This document shows positions 18,852 to 30,100 of a DNA stretch of 64,000 nucleotides, one piece after another. Below the pieces are notes generated by a model, which saw nothing but the letters and a program-made list of their open reading frames with translations, had not been told where the DNA came from and searched no databases. Positions within the stretch are counted from its first letter, which is position 1. The number at the start of each line of letters is the position of its first letter. The translations under genes and the position numbers were made by a program. Source of the stretch: Candidatus Omnitrophota bacterium (lineage in GTDB: Bacteria > Omnitrophota > Omnitrophia > Omnitrophales > Aquincolibacteriaceae). The stretch is from assembly GCA_035352955.1 (NCBI GenBank), contig DAOPYQ010000002.1, positions 140,518-204,517 of the forward strand, written 5' to 3'.

Positions 18852-21800
18852 CGAATGTTCTCCGCTTTCGTGGTCCGCTTTCCGGCTATCCGCCCGCTCA
18901 CCTGGCCATAGATCGAATCAAGCGCTTTCGCAAGGTTCTCAAGCGAATAATTTCCGACGATCTCCCGGCCCGCCTTCCCGAATTGGGCGATCAGCTCCGG
19001 ATTCTTGCAGAACTGTTCCACCCGGTCAGCCACCGCCCGAATGTTCCGGAACGGGACCAGATACCCCGACCCTTGATCCTGAACCAGTTCCGGAAGGGCG
19101 CCCCCACGATAAGCGATCACCGGACGGCGAGCAGCCATACCCTCGGCGACCGAACGGCCGAAAGATTCCGCGAAAAGCGACAGGTTCAGCACCACATTGA
19201 CCTCCGAAACCGCCGCAACGGGCGTCTCCTTATAGCCGGCAAACCGGACATTCCCAAGCATTTTCGCTCCCTGGTATTCTTTTTTTAATCGTTGTATATC
19301 TTTTCCGTCTTCGGGACCGATCAACATAAAAACGGCCTGCGGGACCGAGCCCTCGCAAAGCTTGGCGATCTCCATCAGATCAAAAATGCCTTTTTTCCGG
19401 ATATTGCTGCTGATCAGACCGAACACGATCGCTCGCGGGTCCACGGTATTGGAAATATCCAGAAGATCCGTTCGCACCACATTGGGTGCGACAAAAACCC
19501 GCTTCCCCGGGCCCAACATTTCGGCCGTTTTCCGGGAATTGGCGACCAGGAAATCGGCGTTCGCGTGGATCTGTTTTAAAACTTCTCGGGGCTTGAGACC
19601 AAATTGCAGAGCCAGCGGCTGGTCCTCCAGAATGATCTCACGAACGTGCATCAAACTGACTGTTCCCGCATTTCGCGCCGCGAGCAAAGGTTCCCGGAGC
19701 ATCAACGTGTTCACATGGACCAACCCGATCGAATGAAAATCAATGATCGAACGGAAGCGGGCGACCACGGAATTTTCCGTCGCAACTCCCCGCGTCCACA
19801 GCCTGCAACGGAAAACATAGACCCCGCTCACAAATTTCCGCACTTCCTCCAGGTAAGAAGGGCCAGGAACGGAAGGAAAGGTCACAAAAACGTTAAGGTC
19901 CAAAGAGCTCAACGCTTCCAGGACATCCAGAAAACTGCGCTCCGCCCCGAACAGTTGCTTATTCGCCGCATGAGCGCATAACAACACGGACATCCTCCCG
20001 TCTTTCAGGGCCGTTATCCCGGGCACATAGCTGTCCTCACAGGGAACATCTCCTGCGGAAAGATCCCCGACCCAGAAACGAAAAGGATGGGCGCATTCCG
20101 GCCGTTTGTTTTCTACCGGGACATCCGCACCCACCAAGACGGGCGCGTGTATCGCGACCCCGTCCTTCAGATAATCGTTCGCATCCACCGTCCATCCGGC
20201 GACCTCAAAACCGTCTTGCCGATAATAGGCCGTGTCATCTGGTTCTATTTTTCCTTGCCATCTTCCAAAAAATTCACGCCGGTTATGCAAATTGTAAAGC
20301 CCTCTCCCCGGCGTTCTTCCTTCATCATGAAGAACTGTGGAAGTCGCCTCATACCAGCACACTCTCCCGGTTCCCCGCGTTAGGCGAAGACAAAGATCGA
20401 TATCCTCATGTCCGTCGACAAAAGAGGGGTCGAAGCCTTTGACCGCGGCAAAATCCGTGGCTCTCACCGCCAAGCACGCCCCGACCACTGCCTGAAAAGC
20501 GCGGCTCCGGTCCAAAAACGGCTGCCCGTTCCTGCTCCCCTGATAGATCGGATAAGGGATCACGCTCCACTGGGAAAAAACCATCCCGACGTTCTGCACG
20601 CGCCCGTCCGAATAAATCAGTCGGGGTTGCACGGCCGCGACCTTGGGATCGGAAAAAGGCGCTATCAGACGATCTAACCATCCCGGGGTCACGATCGTAT
20701 CGTTGTTCAGAAAAATAATTGTACCTCCGCGGCTGTGCCGGAAACCGATATTGGAACCCAGCGCGAAATGGTAATTCCTTTCGTTTTCCACGAGCCGAAT
20801 CCGCGGATCACTCCCCGCAAGCGTCCTGAACACCGCCCTGTCTTTCGCGGAACTGCCGTTATCCACGAGAATGATCTCATACGGGACCGCAGCGCCCTCG
20901 CCCAGGATCGAACGGACACAACGCTCCGTCAATGCGCCCTCACCGAAGGCGGGGATCACGATCGAAACCAACCGTTCGTCTCTCGAAACTGCTCGGACCG
21001 TCTCCCAGGGAACAAGCTCACCGCCAAGGACCGCCAGGGGATAATGCGGTGCCTTTCTTTTCTCGTCTTCAAGCCGCCATCGAAAACGGACCCGATCGCG
21101 TGCGCCCCGCGTCAGATAGTCCACAAAAGGTTCAACGTCCCGTTTCACGACGTCTGGATTCAATTTTCGATATTCGTTAGGCGAGAAATAACGGTTTGGC
21201 CACAATCCCTCGTGAGTTCCATACAAAAGATAGTGAATGACCCGATTGGTGTCAGGGTGAAAGTAGCTTTCGCATTTCTGAACATAATAATTCTCATCAA
21301 AAAGACCGCTCTGACGGATTGTTGTCTCATCCTTCTCCAACCGCGCAAACTGCTGCAACACATTGGTGGTACTCGCTTTCCCAGCGGAAGATAAGATGTC
21401 GATCACCGACAAACATCCGTCGCTCGGCCGTGATGTCCTGAGATGAAGCAGCCCTACTTTTTCGTTACGATAAACAGGGATCAAGCCGAAGAACCTTTCC
21501 AAAGCGTGTTCTAGCCTTCCGTCCATCCGGTACTCTCCCACCTGTCCCTCCAGAAAAGAGTCCGCAAAACCGCTCAGCTTCTCCAATGCCTCGGGCCTGA
21601 CCCAGAACATCGTCCCCGCAAAAAATCCCCACTCTGTTTTCGGAACTGTCTGACCGTAAAGTTCTTGAGCGAGTTTTTTCAGACCCTGGTAGTTCTCGTA
21701 CATAAGTCGCGGCCCGGACTGGAACAATGGGGCAGGACCGACCATGCAAAGTGTTGGATTTTTTACAAACGCCTCAACCGCCTCTGCAAAATTCGCGTCC

Positions 21801-22459
21801 GAGCCCACCAGCATTTCCAGCATGATCTTACGCCACAGGTCCCCTCCGCCGGGCAATCGGCCGTCCCCCTTTTTGGTATGCAATTTGCACACGACCGCAT
21901 ATTTTTTTTGGATCAAGGTGGGGATCAACGACAAAAAGGGACCGATATCCATCCCGCGGTTGGCGCCAAAATAGAAATGAGCTTTGGGAAAAGATTTCGA
22001 TACGGCAGCTCTTACGAGGGCTTCGCGCTCCGAAGGCGCCGTAATGAAAAGATCAAAGCGGTAACGCAACGCCTCCAATTTCGCTCCGATCTGGGGCCAC
22101 AGCTCAGGATAATAACAATGAACCACAATGGCAATCCGCGGCGAGTGGGGCCCCTCTTCCAAAAAACAAGCAGCCTTGCCATTTTCCTCGAAGGCTGCCT
22201 CCTCAATCGAGCAAGGAGTCCGCCCTTCCGCGCGACCGCTGCAAGCATAATGATGAAAAGGGTCTCTACCACTCAACGCAATATCAGGGTTTCTCTCGAG
22301 ATACCAATCTGCATCAAAACGAAGCCCGTGGATCCGGAGGTGGATCTTTGCCCAAAGCATAAGAATTTTGACATAAAGAAACCAAAGGGCGTCTTTCACT
22401 ATGGCCGGTAATGAACCTGTTCCTTTTTTTTCTCCGATCCTCTTATGCCGGTTCTTCAC
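18848..22459 (-). CDS. Giant three-domain glycosyltransferase: N-terminal WY modules, RgpF-like domain, GT2 domain and C-terminal GT4 domain
   Basis: 1203 aa. DADWYLERNPDIALSGRDPFHHYACSGRAEGRTP near the N-terminus. RIAIVVHCYYPELW (RgpF-like). SIVIPAFGEG…ILVDNGSS (GT2). C-terminal FAESFGRSVAEGMAARRPVIAYRGGALPELV (GT4). ATGA overlaps at both ends. Confidence 0.7.
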   Translation of the reverse strand: MKNRHKRIGEKKGTGSLPAIVKDALWFLYVKILMLWAKIHLRIHGLRFDADWYLERNPDIALSGRDPFHHYACSGRAEGRTPCSIEEAAFEENGKAACFLEEGPHSPRIAIVVHCYYPELWPQIGAKLEALRYRFDLFITAPSEREALVRAAVSKSFPKAHFYFGANRGMDIGPFLSLIPTLIQKKYAVVCKLHTKKGDGRLPGGGDLWRKIMLEMLVGSDANFAEAVEAFVKNPTLCMVGPAPLFQSGPRLMYENYQGLKKLAQELYGQTVPKTEWGFFAGTMFWVRPEALEKLSGFADSFLEGQVGEYRMDGRLEHALERFFGLIPVYRNEKVGLLHLRTSRPSDGCLSVIDILSSAGKASTTNVLQQFARLEKDETTIRQSGLFDENYYVQKCESYFHPDTNRVIHYLLYGTHEGLWPNRYFSPNEYRKLNPDVVKRDVEPFVDYLTRGARDRVRFRWRLEDEKRKAPHYPLAVLGGELVPWETVRAVSRDERLVSIVIPAFGEGALTERCVRSILGEGAAVPYEIILVDNGSSAKDRAVFRTLAGSDPRIRLVENERNYHFALGSNIGFRHSRGGTIIFLNNDTIVTPGWLDRLIAPFSDPKVAAVQPRLIYSDGRVQNVGMVFSQWSVIPYPIYQGSRNGQPFLDRSRAFQAVVGACLAVRATDFAAVKGFDPSFVDGHEDIDLCLRLTRGTGRVCWYEATSTVLHDEGRTPGRGLYNLHNRREFFGRWQGKIEPDDTAYYRQDGFEVAGWTVDANDYLKDGVAIHAPVLVGADVPVENKRPECAHPFRFWVGDLSAGDVPCEDSYVPGITALKDGRMSVLLCAHAANKQLFGAERSFLDVLEALSSLDLNVFVTFPSVPGPSYLEEVRKFVSGVYVFRCRLWTRGVATENSVVARFRSIIDFHSIGLVHVNTLMLREPLLAARNAGTVSLMHVREIILEDQPLALQFGLKPREVLKQIHANADFLVANSRKTAEMLGPGKRVFVAPNVVRTDLLDISNTVDPRAIVFGLISSNIRKKGIFDLMEIAKLCEGSVPQAVFMLIGPEDGKDIQRLKKEYQGAKMLGNVRFAGYKETPVAAVSEVNVVLNLSLFAESFGRSVAEGMAARRPVIAYRGGALPELVQDQGSGYLVPFRNIRAVADRVEQFCKNPELIAQFGKAGREIVGNYSLENLAKALDSIYGQVSGRIAGKRTTKAENIR

Positions 22460-24312
22460 GCCTCTTGTTTTCCCTTCACACTAACCGTTTCAAATCCTAA
22501 AGATCTGCATCCCTGAAAGGGCTCGGAAATAACATGTTCAACGGGAACATGTTTATAAGAAAAAACAGGGCACCGTTCCTCTCGCCCTCCTTTTTTCGTC
22601 AGAACAAGATCGATCGTTCCGCTGCCCCATCCGAAAGGGTCCCCGTCAAAAGCGAACCGGTCGGGACTTCTTAGATAAAGACTGGGCCATGCCACCGGTT
22701 TCAAAAATAGCCGAAGCGCGGCACGCCGCCCAAAGATTTTTTCTACAAAACCTCTTTCATCGACGACGCTCGCCGCTAAAACAGTGCTTCCCGCGATAGT
22801 TACGAGAAAATGCTTCGCCCCGCGAGGGATCTTTTTCAGGATCTCCGGATCCCTGACATCCAGCAAAAGATCGTAGCTCTCTTGACCAGCATATCGGACG
22901 GTCAGCACGACACCCTCCGAAAAAACGCTTTCTCCGAGAATTTTTGAGGGGGCGCGAACCGATCCTACGGGTATTCTTTTTTGTTGTCCGTTTTCTGTAA
23001 ACGTTAAAAAAACTCTCCTGAAATCCTCGATCGGGAATGACAGCGGCAAAAACACGACGTTGAACGGATCCGCAGATGCCAAAAGAAAAAAACCTCTGAC
23101 ATTCCGTCGGCCAAGTCGCCCTTCTTTCAGAAAAGGCCTCGCTTGGTCTGCGAATAATTCCGCGACGATTCTTCCTCCCGCGTTGAAAGAAAGCTTTTCA
23201 TAATCGGAAAGCGCCCCCGTAAAACAGCCCCGAGGGGCCTTATTGAGCAAAGGCGTCAATCTCAGGGAAGAAAACCCCCATTTCCCCCTTCCTGTCAGAT
23301 AAGAAAACAGCTCCTCCGCAACGATCCGATTTCCCCATGCATTGGCATGATCAATATGCTCGTTGAAATACAAAAAGGAACCTAAAGAAGAGGGTCCCTG
23401 CGGAGCAAAAAAACTCACGTTCGGCAACGGAGTGAGCTTGCGTAATCCTTGTATCCAGTCTTCCTGAGCTAAAACAATCACATGCTTTGTCTTTGCGGCC
23501 GTTTCCTTAAAAATAGCCGCATAAATAGGCAAAAGTTCTTCCTGGGAGGAACTGGACCATTGATAGTAAAATGGGTTTCGTCTCGAATGAAGATTCGAGG
23601 GCAACACAGCCCGCAAAGCCATGGGCATTCCCTGGTCATACCTCAAATACTGCAGCGGGCACAGGACTTGATTGTAAATTCTGGAAGCCTGGTTACGATC
23701 GCTCCCAAAAACAGACAGAAGGGTAAGCTGGTCATTCTTAAGAATATAGCGCGCATGAAGCGGTCCGTACGAAAAAGGGTGCTGAAAAGAGAGGTCCCTA
23801 TCATAAGGGATGTCATGAATGGTCAGGATCACGCAGTCCAGATCCCGGGAACGGCTGATCAGCTTCCACAACAGAAACTCCTGAAACAATCCGTAGCGGT
23901 TCCCGCCCAAATTAATGACCTTCACACGCGTCAACCCGGCCGCCTTGAACCTTTCTTGAAGAAGTCCCGGATAGGTATAAGCGTCCTGCCCCAGACGCCC
24001 CCCGCTCCGCGTCATTGATCCTCCGAAAATCCCTATCTTGACCGTTCCAGGACCCTCTTGTTCGAGAAGATCCTTAAGATAAGTTGGTTCCATGCTTCCG
24101 TCTTTGGAATCGCCTTGATAGTTGAACCAACCGAGATCGAGATACTCCTGCTGGCTGACGGCGAATTCTTTCCTGAAGGTCGTCGCCAAACTCTCCTGAA
24201 AGACCTTGGGACCCTTTAAACTGCGAAACGCCGCGCGGTATCCGGCGACATACCCCATCCCAAGTAAGGTCACGAGGAGCCCGGCCAGCAATACAGAAAT
24301 AATCTTCTTCAT
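22456..24312 (-). CDS. Membrane-anchored SGNH-like hydrolase/acyltransferase with large C-terminal extension
   Basis: Start at MKKIISVLLAGLLVTLLG (TM/signal). VKIGIFGGSMTRSGG (block I-like GGS) and a DHANAWGNR region. C-terminal ~300 aa have unknown function. Confidence 0.4.
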   Translation of the reverse strand: MKKIISVLLAGLLVTLLGMGYVAGYRAAFRSLKGPKVFQESLATTFRKEFAVSQQEYLDLGWFNYQGDSKDGSMEPTYLKDLLEQEGPGTVKIGIFGGSMTRSGGRLGQDAYTYPGLLQERFKAAGLTRVKVINLGGNRYGLFQEFLLWKLISRSRDLDCVILTIHDIPYDRDLSFQHPFSYGPLHARYILKNDQLTLLSVFGSDRNQASRIYNQVLCPLQYLRYDQGMPMALRAVLPSNLHSRRNPFYYQWSSSSQEELLPIYAAIFKETAAKTKHVIVLAQEDWIQGLRKLTPLPNVSFFAPQGPSSLGSFLYFNEHIDHANAWGNRIVAEELFSYLTGRGKWGFSSLRLTPLLNKAPRGCFTGALSDYEKLSFNAGGRIVAELFADQARPFLKEGRLGRRNVRGFFLLASADPFNVVFLPLSFPIEDFRRVFLTFTENGQQKRIPVGSVRAPSKILGESVFSEGVVLTVRYAGQESYDLLLDVRDPEILKKIPRGAKHFLVTIAGSTVLAASVVDERGFVEKIFGRRAALRLFLKPVAWPSLYLRSPDRFAFDGDPFGWGSGTIDLVLTKKGGREERCPVFSYKHVPVEHVISEPFQGCRSLGFETVSVKGKQEA

Positions 24313-24457
24313 AGAATTCCAAATCAGTTGATCTGATAGATGAAACCGCCCTCCTGAGGGCCGCTTGTGATGATCATAAGGAACAACGTCAGCAAAAAGA
24401 GCGCCATCAAAAGAATAGCGCCCCACAGCACATATTTCCCGAAAGAGATCTTTCCCA

Positions 24458-25438
24458 TTATTTCGTTCCTTGAGAGGAGCCGTTAATGAATTCCCAAGAA
24501 TGCTCGGCGATCAATCGGTGTCCTTCCTTATTGGGATGCGCATCATCACGGGCAACCCAAAGGTCCATGGGCTTTACAATGCCGGAAAAGCGGGGGGCCA
24601 GGTCCAAAACATCGATATGATGGGATCTTAAAAAATCCGCGATCATTTGGTGTTCTTTTTGAAAAGGATAACGGACCAGCTCATGAAGCTCGGGCAGCAA
24701 TACCACCTGCAGTTCGATGTGATTCTTACGGCAGACATCCTGAAGCAAAAGAAAAGCATCCTGAGCACGGGAAAGCCCGGGGTTATTTTTCTGATACAAG
24801 CTGGCATAGTACGCCTGGTATCCTCCGCGAGAAGGAAACAATCTCTCCGCCAAAAGATGCCCGCGGGACCAATAAAGCGTCGCGAGCTGGGAATACCCCA
24901 TGAACCACCATCGGGATTTCCGGGGAGTGATCTCCGCATCATTGATAAAATAAAAAACAACCACTTTGTCGGGCCTGTATTTCAATCCCCTTTCAAGGAA
25001 AAGGTGGACTTCCTGCTCCGTATTATAGTTCCCGGCCCCGAAATTGAGGATCTCGGTCGGTGTGATACGGTTCAATTTTTCTTCCAGAAGACTCTTGAAG
25101 CTGTCCCCCTCTTCGACGCCCCAGCCCAACGTCAGAGAATCTCCGAGCAAAGCGATCCTCCGTTCCGGCCCCCGCGCAACCGTATGCTCCCGGTCCCGAA
25201 GTCCTTCCGAATTGGTCCGGACCTGCACCCCCATCAACTGGAGACTCTTGTCCGGACGGTGGACGTGACCGATCCTGGGATCCGGAGAATCTTTCTTCAA
25301 TTCCAGGGAATAACGGGCCATCTCCACGTCATAGACTGTCCGGGTTTTCAAAAAGACCCGTATGAAAACCTCTCCGGCAACAAGGCAGAGCAATACCAGA
25401 ACACCTATCATGAAAAGATTTTTTAAAAATAGCTTCAT
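24458..25438 (-). CDS. Membrane-anchored SGNH/GDSL hydrolase
   Basis: N-terminal TM. IALLGDSLTLGWG (I), FGAGNYN (II), FYFINDAE (III), DDAHPN (V). Confidence 0.6.
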   Translation of the reverse strand: MKLFLKNLFMIGVLVLLCLVAGEVFIRVFLKTRTVYDVEMARYSLELKKDSPDPRIGHVHRPDKSLQLMGVQVRTNSEGLRDREHTVARGPERRIALLGDSLTLGWGVEEGDSFKSLLEEKLNRITPTEILNFGAGNYNTEQEVHLFLERGLKYRPDKVVVFYFINDAEITPRKSRWWFMGYSQLATLYWSRGHLLAERLFPSRGGYQAYYASLYQKNNPGLSRAQDAFLLLQDVCRKNHIELQVVLLPELHELVRYPFQKEHQMIADFLRSHHIDVLDLAPRFSGIVKPMDLWVARDDAHPNKEGHRLIAEHSWEFINGSSQGTK

Positions 25439-25457
25439 CGATCGTCTTTCCCCGGTC

Positions 25458-27089
25458 TCAGGAATGGATCTTCCGGCGTTCTTTTTTCCCGAACCTTAAA
25501 TAATGCGCTTCCGCTTTTTCTTTCGTGTTGATCCCCGCTCTTTGCAGATCCGGATAGTGACCGACATAGAACTGCCAATCAAAAGAATGAAGTCCATCCC
25601 CGGGATCGATCGTCAAAACCGCTGTAACCGGATCCCCACGGAGCGCCATCCGCAACGGAAAAAGCCCCATAGGCTCCCTCCGCTCGTTGACGATCCGCAA
25701 CACATATTCCGACGAATATTCTTTTTTGATGACCGGAACTTCGTTCAAATCCCAATCCTGGGGATACTGGTATTTGTCCATATAAGGAACAAAAAGGGGC
25801 CGGAAGAATTCCACATCCGCCGGAGTAAACCAGTCCTTCCATCCTCCGTAAGTCTTGCTGCGGACCACCCTCCGCCAGGCAGCGCTCACCTGCGCGTCAG
25901 GATCCACCTTCAATTCCAGAAAATCCTCCAGAGGCCGCACCTTCTTATCCACAAAATCCTCATATTTCATGATAAACGCCGGCCGCAAGAACTCCTGGAC
26001 TTCCTGAAACATCCGAATCCCTTCGGGGATCCGGTGAAGGCGGATGCGCTCTGCCCAAAGGCTTTTTACCGGAACGGAGTGCGGATCTTTTTCTTTCCTG
26101 ACGAGCAAAGTCAGCAGCCGCTGCAAGGCTCCAAGGTTTTCACAGATCAGAAGCGAATCGAACAGCAGATTGCTCAGGATCCTGTCCCGGGGATCCCTCG
26201 TGATCAGCACTTTCTTGTCGAATCCCGCGAACGACGGAAGGTCGAGCCCGGGATTAAAAACGATCTTGGCAAGCACCCCGGAGTCCCGGTCCTTCTCCTC
26301 GGGAATGTATTGATGAGGCTCGAACAGCGCCCGGGCATCCGCCGGCATCCCGGATTTCACGGCAAAAAAGAGAGCCGTGGTCCCCGATTTGCTTTGACCG
26401 ACCAGCAAGATCTTCGGAACGCGGGATCGGCTGGCCGCCAACGCGGGATCGATCACTTCGTGGAATAAATTTCCGTAGACCTTCCGCTCGATCGCCGCCC
26501 ATCGCGGATTTTGATCGTACATTCTTTTGATGTCCTGGGGGCTGAAGCACCGCAAGACCACGCTTTCCGCACTCACGTATCCGGTGCCGAGAAAATCCTT
26601 GGCTGCATGCAACGCGATATCCGCTCCGCGGTTCAACCGTATTTCCCGTATCTTGATCTTGACAGAATCGGGGATTGAAATGAACTTCTGCAGGGTCTTG
26701 ATAAAATCCTCAGCAAGATACTCCACCCGCAACCAATGATCAATCCCCGAATCCAGGAACGGTGCCAGCACCTGATCGGCAGACGCCTTCCCGGTCATTC
26801 CGACAAGACCTTCCGTGATCCGCTCCCGGTCGATCTTCTGAAGATGATCCCGCCGGTACAAATGGTTCCAACGGCTCACAAGCCACATCGGCAACCGCCG
26901 GATGTTCAGGATTCTTGGCTTGCCGGCGCAAAGATCCGGATGATCCGAAAAGAATTTGTGTTTATCGGGATCTTCCTTGCCGTGGGCCAACAGAATATCC
27001 TTGAGCCCTAGAAGATCGAACATGGCCTTCGTGCTGTCGCCGCCCGTTTTTCCCAGATGTCCCCAGCAAAATCTTTCCGTAATGAACAT
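25458..27089 (-). CDS. Di-domain sulfotransferase with C-terminal WY..PDL..HY module
   Basis: N-terminal GHLGKTGGDST matches the 5'-PSB KTGG(T/S) motif of carbohydrate sulfotransferases (HS6ST-like). Second domain LLVGQSKSGTTALF (5'-PSB PKSGTT-like) plus ITRDPRDRILS (3'-PB RDP(R/K)D). C-terminus FDWQFYVGHYPDLQRAGINTKEKAEAHYLRFG. Confidence 0.65.
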   Translation of the reverse strand: MFITERFCWGHLGKTGGDSTKAMFDLLGLKDILLAHGKEDPDKHKFFSDHPDLCAGKPRILNIRRLPMWLVSRWNHLYRRDHLQKIDRERITEGLVGMTGKASADQVLAPFLDSGIDHWLRVEYLAEDFIKTLQKFISIPDSVKIKIREIRLNRGADIALHAAKDFLGTGYVSAESVVLRCFSPQDIKRMYDQNPRWAAIERKVYGNLFHEVIDPALAASRSRVPKILLVGQSKSGTTALFFAVKSGMPADARALFEPHQYIPEEKDRDSGVLAKIVFNPGLDLPSFAGFDKKVLITRDPRDRILSNLLFDSLLICENLGALQRLLTLLVRKEKDPHSVPVKSLWAERIRLHRIPEGIRMFQEVQEFLRPAFIMKYEDFVDKKVRPLEDFLELKVDPDAQVSAAWRRVVRSKTYGGWKDWFTPADVEFFRPLFVPYMDKYQYPQDWDLNEVPVIKKEYSSEYVLRIVNERREPMGLFPLRMALRGDPVTAVLTIDPGDGLHSFDWQFYVGHYPDLQRAGINTKEKAEAHYLRFGKKERRKIHS

Positions 27090-27109
27090 ACCCGATCCTT
27101 GACCGTCGT

Positions 27110-30100
27110 TCAGGCGTTAGCCGGAACGGAACTCCCGCATTGTTTTTCAACCGTTCCGCGCGGCGGCCAAGCAAGCCGATAATCCGCGCTATCAAGCGTC
27201 AAATTGGGATTGTAGGCAGGATCCTTCAACAGCAGATCCCCCCAGGTTTTTTTCATGTAATCACACTCGGAAATAAACCGCGTTTGCGTCTCCGGAGAAC
27301 GATCGTTCCCGCGCGTCGCGGCCTCCCTGTGCCAAAGCTCCGCATACGGCGTCCAGACGTTCCGATATCCCGCTTCACGAATGCGAATGCAAAGGTCTAC
27401 ATCGTTATAAGCAATGGGAAGATCGTATTCATTAAATCCTCCCATCCTCTCGAACAGAGATTTCCGGATCATAAGGCAGGCCGCCGTCACGGCCGAAAAA
27501 GACTGCAGCAGCTCCGCCCGGCCGAGATAACCGGGCGCCCCGCGCCGCAACCCGCGATGAGAATGTGAAGCGATCCCGCCAAGCCCGAGAATGACACCCC
27601 CGTGCTGGAGGGTACGATCGAGATACCACAACCTCGCCCCGACCGCGCCCACCCCGGGCTGAACTGCCAGGCTCACAAGCTCCGAGAGCCATCCGGAAGA
27701 GATCACTTCGATATCATTGTTGAGAAAACAGACCAATTCTCCGGCGGCAGCCCGGACGGCCGCGTTGTTGAGCGCCGAATAATTAAAAGGCCTCCCGTCA
27801 CGGATCACCCGGATTTTTTTGTTGTGCGCAAGATGCTCAAGATACCGAAGCGTTCCGGGATCGTCCGAACCGTTATCAATGATAAGAATCTCATAATGGG
27901 AATAGAGTGTTTTCCGAAGAATACTTTTGACGCATTTTTGGATCAAGGGTAACCCGTTCCGTGTAAGAATCATCAAGCTCACAAACGGTAAGGGAGCCGG
28001 AAGATCGTAACGCACACGGTACCCGTGATCTTTCATCATCTTCGCGCGGGCCCCGATCTTCCGCCTCTGAAGAAATTCATTTAAGGCCTTTTCTCCGGCT
28101 AGGCGGGCATAGGGCTTGGACCCTCCGGATCTCGCGGCCTCGCTCGCCTTATGAATACGCCAATGATAGAGCACCTGCGGGATATGCCGGATCTTGTCGC
28201 CGCCGATCACCTCCAGACAACGCAAGGCCAGATCATAGTCTTGGGATCCTTCCATGCCGACCCGGAGCCCTCCGATCTCGCGGAGCAGTTGCGTTTGGTA
28301 AACCCCGAGATGAGAAATCATGTTATGCGACAGGAACAGATCATAATTCCAGTCGCTTTTAAAATAAGGCTCCACCCGCCGCGATTCTTCATCGATCTTG
28401 TCTTCGTCGGAATAGATCAGACAAGTTTCGGGGTGCTGTTGAAGAACCTCCGCGACCCGGAACAGGGCGCACTCGGACAGCAGATCATCATGATCAAGCA
28501 AAGCAACCCATTTCCCTTCAGCCAGTTGCAGAGCGCTGTTGGACGCGGCTGAAATGTGACCGTTCTTTTCGCGAAAGACGACCTTGATGCGCGGGTCTTT
28601 TTTGATATAGCGTTCCAAAAGCGTCCGGACCTCGGGATCCGTGGATGCGTCGTCGGCAATGCAGAGTTCCCAGTCGGGATAGATCTGGCTCCGCACAGAT
28701 TCGATCGCTTCCTGGAGCCAGAGGATCTTCGGGTTATAGACAGGCATCAAAACAGAAAGCAGGGGGCGGAACTTGAACGCTTCGGCCGCACGACGCATCC
28801 GCCCGCGCGTTTCGTCGGTCAGCGTATCGTACAAAGCGATCCAGCGGCCGTAACCGTACACATCCCAGGTCATGTCCTCAAAGGTCCGTCCCTCTTTTTT
28901 CCCCTTCCGGAGATAGTGCAACAGCGGATTTTCCCCGGAAGCCACAACATCGGGATAATCTTTCAGATACTTGCCGCCGTCAAAACGAAGGCTTGGAGAA
29001 CGCCCTTCGGTCCCTCCGATCGTCAGATAATGTTCGAGGGGATCCCTGCCGGCCCGGGCAACGTCTGAATAGGTTTTCAAATACCATTCGCGATCGAAAA
29101 ACCCCGAATATTTCACGCAATGCATGTCGGAAAGATTTTGCAAGAAGGGGTCTCCCAAAGCCCCGTAGATCCGTAACGCGAGATTTCTGAGCTTGCCGGG
29201 CCGCAGCCGGTTGATCCCCATCAACAACGGACACAACTTCTTTCCCTGCGGAAACGGCCGGTACCCTTTCTTTTTCCCGTCACGCAGATAATGCTCCAAC
29301 GGATTGACCCCGGCCCCGGCAACTTCCGGATATTCTTTCAGATACCACACGCCGTCAAAATATGGCCCCGGCAGACGGCCTTCGCGCCAACCGTGCGTAA
29401 GATAATGTTCCAAGGGATCTCTTTTGGCACGGGCCACATCGGGATATTTTGTGAGATACCATTCCCCGTCAAAAAAACCGGAGCGCTGAATGACCTCTGT
29501 GTGAGAAAGTCCCCATCCCATCGTTTTACCGAACCAGACGCCAAGCCTTTTCATCCACGCCGGAACCCAACGCCCCGCGACCGTGAAAAAATACCAATCC
29601 TCCGAAGCCCGGATCGCTTGTATTTCGTCCCGAAGACTCCGGACTTCCTGATCGCTTTTCGCCGCGGCCGATTCAAACTCTACCGCTCTTTGTTGTTGTT
29701 CGGCGGCGGCTTGCTGGTAGAAGCAAAGATGTTTCTTAAGATAGGCGCCATCGATCCCCCAGCTCAAAAGATCTTCCGCCATACGCGGGGACCGGGTACA
29801 TAATCTTTCATACTCGCCTCTCTTGGACGCGCAACCCGAGGACAAAACCGAACGGATCCGTTCCCAATGATATCGGTAAGCGGCCGTCACTTCTTCGGAA
29901 AGACGGATAGGAACCGGCACCTTTTCGATCCCCGCCAGTTGTCCCCATGAATCCAGAAAATGTTTTTCCGGCGTCTCTTTCTGCCCGATCGTCCCGAGAA
30001 AACTCTGATATTTGTGAGCGGGATACGGCGGAATCATGATTGCCGGGATCCCGTAGGAAACGGCCGTGATGAATCCGTGCAGTGAATTACCAAAATAACC

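Noticed and set aside
18655-22411. Multiple 120-250-aa plus-strand ORFs (18655-19200, 18740-19288, 20735-21394, 21665-22411) within the 1203-aa glycosyltransferase gene
   Set aside because: They are antisense to a gene with three recognisable glycosyltransferase domains. The translations are Arg-rich and low-complexity.
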